13,772 bases of DNA from Acidobacteriota bacterium (GTDB taxonomy: Bacteria; Acidobacteriota; Thermoanaerobaculia; Multivoradales; UBA5704): NCBI GenBank assembly GCA_040005235.1, contig JBDTZG010000101.1:1-13772 (forward strand), given 5' to 3'. Under the pieces are notes generated by a model. That model searched no databases. It was not told where the DNA came from and saw only the letters and a list, made by a program, of their open reading frames with translations. Below, one piece after another: positions 1 through 6,052 of this stretch. Within the stretch, counting starts at the first letter, position 1; every line of letters begins with the position of its first letter. Made by a program: the position numbers and the translations under genes.

Positions 1-1077
1 TTCGTCACCGGCGGAGCCGGTTTCATCGGCTCCAATTTCGTGCGGCTCGCTCTGGCCGAAACGGGCGATCGAACCGTCGATCGATTGGTGGTGTTCGACA
101 AGCTGACCTACGCCGGCCGGCCGGAGAACCTCGACGGTTTGGCGGCCGATCCGCGCTACGCGTTCGTCCTCGGCGACATCGCAGATCGCGAGGCGGTGCG
201 GCGGGCCTTTGCCCAGCACAAGCCTACAGCCGTGCTGAATTTCGCCGCGGAGAGCCACGTCGACCGGTCGATCGAAGATCCCGGCGCGTTCGTCCGGACC
301 AACGTCACCGGCTGTTTCGAGCTGCTCGACGCGGCCCGCGGGCTGTTCCGCGAGCTGGCCCCCGCCGAGCGGGAGGCGTTCCGTTTCCTGCACGTCTCGA
401 CCGACGAGGTCTATGGAAGCCTGGGGCCGACCGGCGCGTTTCTGGAGACCACCGCCTACGCGCCCAACTCCCCCTACGCCGCCTCCAAGGCGGGCGCCGA
501 CCACCTGGTGCGGGCCTACCACGAGACGTTCGGCCTGCCGACGCTGCTGACCAACTGCTCGAACAACTACGGCCCGTACCAGTTCCCGGAAAAGCTGATC
601 CCGCTGATGATCCTGACCGCGCTCGAAGGCAAGCCGCTGCCGATCTACGGCGACGGCGGCAACGTGCGCGATTGGCTCTACGTGGAAGACCACTGCCGCG
701 GCCTGCTCACCGTGCTCGAAGCCGGCGTGCCGGGCGAGAAATACAACCTCGGCGGCCGGAGCGAACGGACCAACCTCGAGATCGTCGACGCCCTGTGCGC
801 CGCGCTCGAAGCCGAGCGGCCGGCGGCCGAAAACCCGGCGCTTGCCGGGCGTGGAATCGCCTCGTATCTCGACCTCAAAACCTTCGTCGCCGACCGGCCC
901 GGCCACGACCGGCGCTATGCGATCGACGAAACCAAAATCCGCACGGAGCTGGGCTGGCGGCCGCAACACGATTTCGAAGCCGGCCTTGCCGAAACCGTCC
1001 GCTGGTACCTCGCCCATCGCGATTGGTGCGACGCGATCCAATCGAGCTACGGCCGCGAAAGGCTGGGGCTCGCATGA
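1..1077 (+). CDS. rfbB: dTDP-glucose 4,6-dehydratase (5'-truncated by the window edge)
   Basis: Frame 1 is open from base 1 ([14 protein letters not shown], Rossmann GxxGxxG), so the true start is upstream of the window, not at 40. Contains [49 protein letters not shown] and [13 protein letters not shown] at 1075-1077. Confidence 0.97.
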   Translation, partial: FVTGGAGFIGSNFVRLALAETGDRTVDRLVVFDKLTYAGRPENLDGLAADPRYAFVLGDIADREAVRRAFAQHKPTAVLNFAAESHVDRSIEDPGAFVRTNVTGCFELLDAARGLFRELAPAEREAFRFLHVSTDEVYGSLGPTGAFLETTAYAPNSPYAASKAGADHLVRAYHETFGLPTLLTNCSNNYGPYQFPEKLIPLMILTALEGKPLPIYGDGGNVRDWLYVEDHCRGLLTVLEAGVPGEKYNLGGRSERTNLEIVDALCAALEAERPAAENPALAGRGIASYLDLKTFVADRPGHDRRYAIDETKIRTELGWRPQHDFEAGLAETVRWYLAHRDWCDAIQSSYGRERLGLA

Positions 1078-1114
1078 TCGATTTCGTTCGTCCCTTCGCA
1101 TTCGGGAGCCGCCC

Positions 1115-1663
1115 ATGAAAATCATCCCCACCCAAATTCCCGACGTCCTGATCGTCGAGCCGGACATCTTCCGCGACGACCGCGGCCATTTCTTCGAGGC
1201 GTACCACGCGGAAAAGTACGCCCAAGGCGGCATCGATCAGCCGTTCGTTCAAGACAACCAATCGCATTCGATCCGCGGCACCCTGCGCGGCCTGCACGCT
1301 CAGCGGCTGCAGCCGCAGGGAAAACTGGTGCGCGCCCTCTCCGGCGAGATCTTCGACGTCGCGGTGGACATCCGCCCCAGCTCGCCGACGTTCGGCCGCT
1401 GGGTGGGTGCGATCCTCTCGTCCGAGAACCGCCATCAGCTCTGGGTGCCGGCCGGCTTCGCCCACGGTTTCGCGGTCCTTTCGGAGAGCGCCGACGTACT
1501 CTACAAATGCACCACGCTCTACCGCCGCGACGACGAGATCGGCATCCTCTGGAGCGATCCGGAGATCGGCATCGATTGGCCATTGCTCTCGCCGCCGCTC
1601 CTGTCGCCCAAAGACGCCGTGGCGCCGCGGCTCGCCGAGATCCGCGACCAGCTCATCGGCTGA
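1115..1663 (+). CDS. rfbC: dTDP-4-dehydrorhamnose 3,5-epimerase (182 aa)
   Basis: ATG 1115 preceded by GGGAG (1104-1108). Contains DDRGHFFE, FVQDNQSHS, LRGLH, QGKLVR, FDVAVDIR, GFAHGF, YKCT and LSPKD. Confidence 0.97.
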   Translation: MKIIPTQIPDVLIVEPDIFRDDRGHFFEAYHAEKYAQGGIDQPFVQDNQSHSIRGTLRGLHAQRLQPQGKLVRALSGEIFDVAVDIRPSSPTFGRWVGAILSSENRHQLWVPAGFAHGFAVLSESADVLYKCTTLYRRDDEIGILWSDPEIGIDWPLLSPPLLSPKDAVAPRLAEIRDQLIG

Positions 1664-1680
1664 GGAGCGCAGCCAACCCG

Positions 1681-3261
1681 ATGACCGATTTTTCTCCCGA
1701 CGACCTCGGCCAGCTGCGCACCCGAGGGATCTCCCAGGAAGAAGCGGGGCGCCAGCTTCACCTCCTGCGCAATCCCCCGCCGCCGGCCCGCGTGCTCCGT
1801 CCCTGCTCACCCGGCGATGGCATTCACCGGATCGACGAGGCGAAAATCGCCGAGCTGGTCCGGGCTGCGGAATCCGTCGCGCGCGACGGACGCGCATCAA
1901 AGCTGGTCCCCGCCTCGGGCGCCGCGAGCCGGATGTTTCAAGCTCACGCGGCCGATCTTGAAAACCTTTCGAAGGACGGCAGTACGAAGGGCAACACTGC
2001 CGGCTCTCCGGACGCCTCCGGCTCAACGCCGGCCGAGCCTTCGGCCGAAACCGCCCGATTTCTCGCCGAGCTCGACCGTCTGCCGTTCGCCGATCCGCTC
2101 GGCGCGGCGCTCGCGGCCGAAGGGCACGACCTGGCGGCCCTGCGAGAGGCCGGCCGGTCCCGCGAGATTCTGCGCGCCCTCCTCCACCCCTCCGGCCTGG
2201 GATTCGCGGATCTCCCGAAGGGTTTGATCCCGTTTCATCGCGCGGAGCCCGCCGGGCGCACGCCTTTCGAAGAGCACCTACGGGAGGCGGCCGCGCTGAT
2301 TCGCGACGCCTCGGGCGTCTGCCGGCTCCACTTCACCGTGGCACCCGAGCACGAGCCGCGGTTCCGGGCGCTGCTCGAGGAGCTGGCGCCGCTTCTCGCG
2401 GCGGAGCTTTCCGCCCGGTTCGAGGTCGGCTTTTCGATCCAACATCCGCGCACCGATACGCTCGCGCTCGATCTTTCGACCGGCGCGCCGTTCCGCACGG
2501 AAGACGGCAACCTCCTGTTGCGTCCCGGAGGCCACGGCGCGCTGATCGAAAATCTGGCCGACCTGGCCAACCTAGGCGCCGACCTGGTGCTGATCAAGAA
2601 CGTCGACAACGTGCTGCCCGCCGGCGGCCCGCCCGAGGTGCTGGTCTGGAAGCGGGTGCTGCTCGGCCTCGCGGCGGATCTCGCCGATCGAGCCGGCAAC
2701 CTGCGCCGGGCGCTCGAAAGAATGGTTCCAGCCGAAGATTTGCTGCATGCCGCCGAGCGCTTCCTCGAACAGGAATTCGGCCGCGCGCCGCGCCCCGGGT
2801 CCTCCGCCGACGAACGAAAGCAGGCGTTGATCGCCGACCTCTCGAGGCCGCTGCGGGTCTGCGGCGTGGTGCAAAACACGGGAGAGCCAGGCGGCGGCCC
2901 ATTCTGGGTCGCTGGAGAAAGCGGCGAACCGGCGACTCCGCAGCTCGTGGAAACGAGCCAGCTCGATCCCCTAGAGCGCGCCGACCTGCTCGCCGCGGCC
3001 ACCCACTTCAACCCGGTCGACCTCGTCTGCGCCTTGCGGATCGGCGGCCGGCGCCTGGACCTGCTCCGCTTCGTCGATCCGAACGCGGTGTTCGTGACCG
3101 AAAAATCGCAGGCCGGCCGGCCACTCCTCGCTCTCGAACGCCCCGGTCTGTGGAACGGCGCGATGGCCGGCTGGAACACCCAGTTCGTCGAGGTCCCGAA
3201 CGCCACATTCGCCCCGGTGAAGACGGTCTTGGATCTGCTGCGCCCGGAGCACCAGGGGTAG
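1681..3261 (+). CDS. DUF4301 family protein, probable nucleotidyltransferase/nucleotide-diphospho-sugar transferase fold (526 aa)
   Basis: ATG 1681 lies 17 nt after the rfbC stop, with GAGGAG upstream. Motifs KLVPASGAASRMF, LPKGLIPFH, RPGGHGALIENL, IKNVDNV, RPLRVCGVV, GEPGGGPFW, THFNPVDLVC, LERPGLWNGAMA and FAPVKTVLDLL. Confidence 0.88.
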   Translation: MTDFSPDDLGQLRTRGISQEEAGRQLHLLRNPPPPARVLRPCSPGDGIHRIDEAKIAELVRAAESVARDGRASKLVPASGAASRMFQAHAADLENLSKDGSTKGNTAGSPDASGSTPAEPSAETARFLAELDRLPFADPLGAALAAEGHDLAALREAGRSREILRALLHPSGLGFADLPKGLIPFHRAEPAGRTPFEEHLREAAALIRDASGVCRLHFTVAPEHEPRFRALLEELAPLLAAELSARFEVGFSIQHPRTDTLALDLSTGAPFRTEDGNLLLRPGGHGALIENLADLANLGADLVLIKNVDNVLPAGGPPEVLVWKRVLLGLAADLADRAGNLRRALERMVPAEDLLHAAERFLEQEFGRAPRPGSSADERKQALIADLSRPLRVCGVVQNTGEPGGGPFWVAGESGEPATPQLVETSQLDPLERADLLAAATHFNPVDLVCALRIGGRRLDLLRFVDPNAVFVTEKSQAGRPLLALERPGLWNGAMAGWNTQFVEVPNATFAPVKTVLDLLRPEHQG

Positions 3262-3434
3262 GAAGAACGGTCCCAGGACGAGCACACCCAAAAAGGAAGC
3301 CGGCCGGGTAACCGACCTGGCACTTCCGGCACAGACTCTTCCAAAGCCACCGCGATAGGATCTCGTCCGGAATCGACGGGGGACCGTAGTGTGTGCTGGT
3401 GAAGGCGAACGTCCGCCTTCGGGAAGGGACCTTC

Positions 3435-4220
3435 ATGAACGCATCGACCGCGCCGCCTGCTTCGAGCCACCCGGCTGCGAAATCCAAATCCAAGACCATC
3501 CTGTTGATCGTGGTGGCCCTCGCCGTGGTGGTCGGCCTGGCTTTAGGCGGCAAGCAGTTGAGCGGCGCCGTGCTCCGTTTCGCCGAGTGGGTTCAGAGCC
3601 TCGGCGCGTGGGGGCCACTGGTCTTCATCCTCGGCTATGTCGCGGCGACCGTGGCGTTCGCTCCGGCTTTTCTGCTCACGCTCGCGGCGGGCGTCATCTT
3701 TGGTTTGGTGAAAGGCGCCCTCTACACCTTCATCGGCGCCACGGTCGGCGCCTCGCTCGCGTTCCTGATCGCGCGGTACGGCGCGCGACGGGCGATCGAG
3801 AAGAAGATCGCGGGCAATCCGAAATTCGCGGCGATCGATCGCGCGGTATCCAAAGAGGGCTTGAAGATCGTCTCGCTCCTCCGTCTGTCGCCGGTCTTTC
3901 CGTTCAACCTGCTCAACTATGCGCTCGGCCTCACCAAGGTCCGGTTCACCGACTACCTGCTCGGCTGCTTCGCGATGATCCCGGGCACCCTCCTCTACGT
4001 CTACTACGGCACGGCGGCCGGCAGTCTCGCGGAGGTCGCGAGCGGCAAGGCGGGAGGACAGGGCGCCACGAAGTGGATCTCGCTCGGGATCGGCATCCTC
4101 GCCACGGTCATCGTCTCGACCTTCATCACCCGTCTGGCGAGCAAGGCGCTCAAAACCCAGCTCGCCCCCCCCGGCACCCCTGGCGCTCCCGAGGCACCGA
4201 AGAAAAAGGCCCGCTCATGA
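3435..4220 (+). CDS. TVP38/TMEM64 family (DedA/VTT, SNARE-associated Golgi domain) membrane protein
   Basis: ATG 3435 follows GGGAAGGGA. Several hydrophobic helices with LTLAAGVIFG, GATVGASLAFLIARY, LLRLSPVFPFNLLNYALG and MIPGTLLYVYYG. Confidence 0.93.
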   Translation: MNASTAPPASSHPAAKSKSKTILLIVVALAVVVGLALGGKQLSGAVLRFAEWVQSLGAWGPLVFILGYVAATVAFAPAFLLTLAAGVIFGLVKGALYTFIGATVGASLAFLIARYGARRAIEKKIAGNPKFAAIDRAVSKEGLKIVSLLRLSPVFPFNLLNYALGLTKVRFTDYLLGCFAMIPGTLLYVYYGTAAGSLAEVASGKAGGQGATKWISLGIGILATVIVSTFITRLASKALKTQLAPPGTPGAPEAPKKKARS

Positions 4221-5740
4221 AAGAAGCCCGCGCGTTGGTCGAACCCCAGGACGAGCACAACGTCAAGCTGCTCGGCTACGTCCATCCGTCCACCTGGACG
4301 AATCCGGCCCCGAAGGATCGCTACCACCTGGTCGTGGTGGGCGCCGGCACCGCGGGTCTGGTTTCGGCCGCGGGGGCCGCGGGCTTGGGCGCCAAGGTCG
4401 CCCTGATCGAGCGCAACTTGATGGGGGGCGACTGCCTGAACGTCGGCTGCGTCCCGTCCAAAGGGGTGATCAGCGCGGCCCGCTCTTGGGCTGCGGCACG
4501 AGAGAGCCGCGAGCGATTCGGCGGACCGGAAGCCACCGGCGACGGCGACTTCTCTCACGCGATGGAACGGATGCGCCGCCTGCGTGCCGGGATCGCGTTT
4601 CACGACAGCGTCGAGCGGTTCTCAAAACTGGGGATCGACGTCTTCCTCGGCGACGGCAAATTCACCGGCCCGAATTCCGTCGAGGTCGGTGGAAAAACCC
4701 TGCGCTTCAGGAACGGCGTGATCGCGACCGGCGGCCGGGCGATCGCGCCGCCGATCCCGGGGCTTTCCAATGCGGGTTACCTGACGAACGAAACGGTCTT
4801 CGAGCTGACCGAGGTGCCGAAGCGGCTCGCGGTGATCGGCGGCGGCCCGATCGGCTGCGAGATGGCCCAGGCGTTCCGCCGCTTCGGAACCGAAGTCACG
4901 CTGCTCGACAAAGACGGTCACGTCCTGATCCGGGAAGATGCCGACGCCGCGGAGATCGTCCAGAAGGCGATGATCGCGGTCGGCGTAGAGCTCGAATTCC
5001 ACACCAAGATCCAGGGGGTCGCCCGGCGTGGAAACGAAAAAGTGATCACCTTCGAGGCGGCCGGCGGGGCGAAGAAAGAGCTGGCGGTCGATCACGTCCT
5101 GGTCGCCGCGGGCCGCGCCCCGAACGTCGAAGGGCTCGGCCTCGAAGCGGCGGGGGTGAAATACGGCAAGACCGGCGTGGAAGTGAGCGATCAGCTGCGC
5201 ACCACCAACCCGAAGATCTTCGCCTGCGGCGACGTCTGCTCGAAATTCCAATTCACCCACGTGGCCGACGCGCAGGCCCGGATCGTGATCCAAAACGCCC
5301 TCTTCTTCGGCCGCAGCAAGACGAGCGCGCTCACCCTCCCCTGGGCCACCTACACGACGCCGGAGATCGCCCACGTCGGGATGTATGAGAAGGACGCGAA
5401 GGAAAAAGGAATCGAAGTCGAAACCCTCACCGTGCAGATGAACACGGTCGACCGCGCGATCCTCGACGGCGAGGACGAAGGGTTCCTCCGCATCCACCTC
5501 AAAAAAGGCACCGACCAAATCCTCGGCGCAACCCTGGTCGCCGAGCACGCAGGCGACATGCTCGGCGAGCTCTGCCTGGCCGTCACCCACAAAATCGGCC
5601 TGGGCAAAATCGCGAGCGTCATCCACCCCTACCCGACCCAGGGCGAAGTGATCAAAAAAGCCGCCGACGCCTACCGCCGGACGAAACTGACGCCGGGGGT
5701 GAAGAAGTTCTTTGAGCGGTGGTTCCGGGTGTTCCGGTAG
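4217..5740 (+). CDS. FAD-dependent pyridine nucleotide-disulfide oxidoreductase, MerA-like but without the MerA C-terminal Cys pair (507 aa)
   Basis: ATGA overlap with the upstream stop (4217-4220). FAD motif GAGTAG, redox-active GGDCLNVGCVPSK (Cys codons 4433, 4448), NAD motif GGGPIGCE, GRAPN, CGDV and the dimerisation-domain motif HPYPTQGE. Confidence 0.92.
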   Translation: MKEARALVEPQDEHNVKLLGYVHPSTWTNPAPKDRYHLVVVGAGTAGLVSAAGAAGLGAKVALIERNLMGGDCLNVGCVPSKGVISAARSWAAARESRERFGGPEATGDGDFSHAMERMRRLRAGIAFHDSVERFSKLGIDVFLGDGKFTGPNSVEVGGKTLRFRNGVIATGGRAIAPPIPGLSNAGYLTNETVFELTEVPKRLAVIGGGPIGCEMAQAFRRFGTEVTLLDKDGHVLIREDADAAEIVQKAMIAVGVELEFHTKIQGVARRGNEKVITFEAAGGAKKELAVDHVLVAAGRAPNVEGLGLEAAGVKYGKTGVEVSDQLRTTNPKIFACGDVCSKFQFTHVADAQARIVIQNALFFGRSKTSALTLPWATYTTPEIAHVGMYEKDAKEKGIEVETLTVQMNTVDRAILDGEDEGFLRIHLKKGTDQILGATLVAEHAGDMLGELCLAVTHKIGLGKIASVIHPYPTQGEVIKKAADAYRRTKLTPGVKKFFERWFRVFR

Positions 5741-5742
5741 GG

Positions 5743-5848
5743 GATCCGCGAGCCGATCCTCCGCGACCCAGGGCGCGTTGCGGTCGCCCGCCTCACCCTT
5801 GAGGCGCGCAAGGAAGACCCGCGAACCGACCCTCCGTGACCCAGGGCG
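5743..5848 (+). repeat. Imperfect 33-bp direct repeat, 2 copies, 73-bp period
   Basis: GATCCGCGAGCCGATCCTCCGCGACCCAGGGCG (5743-5775) vs GACCCGCGAACCGACCCTCCGTGACCCAGGGCG (5816-5848): 29/33 identical. Confidence 0.85.
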
Positions 5849-5958
5849 TTGCCCTGGGCTAACGTAACGCGGCCCGTTGGGCCGCCGCCCCCCCTTCCGG
5901 GTTTGGGGGCTTTAGGCCTGAAAGGCCGTCTCACGCTAGCCCAGGCTGGAGGCCTGGG
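5840..5958. repeat. Inverted pair of 44-bp double-hairpin REP-like elements
   Basis: Unit 1 (5840-5883), reverse-complemented: GGCCCAACGGGCC-GCGTTACGTTAG-CCCAGGGCAACGCCCTGGG. Unit 2 (5915-5958): GGCCTGAAAGGCC-GTCTCACGCTAG-CCCAGGCTGGAGGCCTGGG. Both have the same 13+12+19 layout with both hairpins preserved. Confidence 0.8.
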
Positions 5959-6022
5959 GCGCTTCATGAGTCCGTCTCATCCGCAAGAAGTGAAACGTCT
6001 AGGCCGCCTGCGACGCCCACCT

Positions 6023-6028
6023 TAGAAT
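6023..6028 (+). promoter_or_regulatory. Possible sigma70-type -10 element for the large membrane protein gene
   Basis: TAGAAT ends 24 nt before ATG 6053 in a GC-rich background. No convincing -35 element. Confidence 0.35.
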
Positions 6029-6052
6029 GCGTAGAGCTACTCGCTTCGGGAG

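Noticed and set aside
842-1114. N-terminal extension of rfbC in the 273-aa ORF call
   Set aside because: Overlaps rfbB. RfbC similarity and an RBS begin at ATG 1115.
1507-1680. N-terminal extension of the DUF4301 ORF (584 aa)
   Set aside because: Overlaps rfbC and is Arg-rich shadow sequence. ATG 1681 has an RBS.
3267-3387. Retron msr-msd, 6S RNA, SRP RNA, tRNA, a known riboswitch, or a sigma54 promoter at TGGCAC
   Set aside because: No reverse transcriptase in the window, no recognisable consensus for these RNAs, and no correctly spaced -12 TTGC.
3389-4216. 276-codon N-terminal extension of the oxidoreductase (783-aa ORF)
   Set aside because: Arg/Gly-rich off-frame translation of the TVP38 gene. 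The real start is at the ATGA overlap (4217).
4217-5740. Calling the gene merA or lpdA
   Set aside because: No C-terminal Cys-Cys or mer context for merA. No HPT His-Glu dyad or 2-oxoacid dehydrogenase context for lpdA.
5887-5914. Intrinsic terminator after the oxidoreductase (GCCCCC...GGGGGC-TTTA)
   Set aside because: 12-nt loop and only three T residues. Better explained as the spacer of the REP-like doublet.
5743-5958. CRISPR array
   Set aside because: Only two imperfect direct copies, overlapping palindromic REP-like units, and no cas genes in the window.
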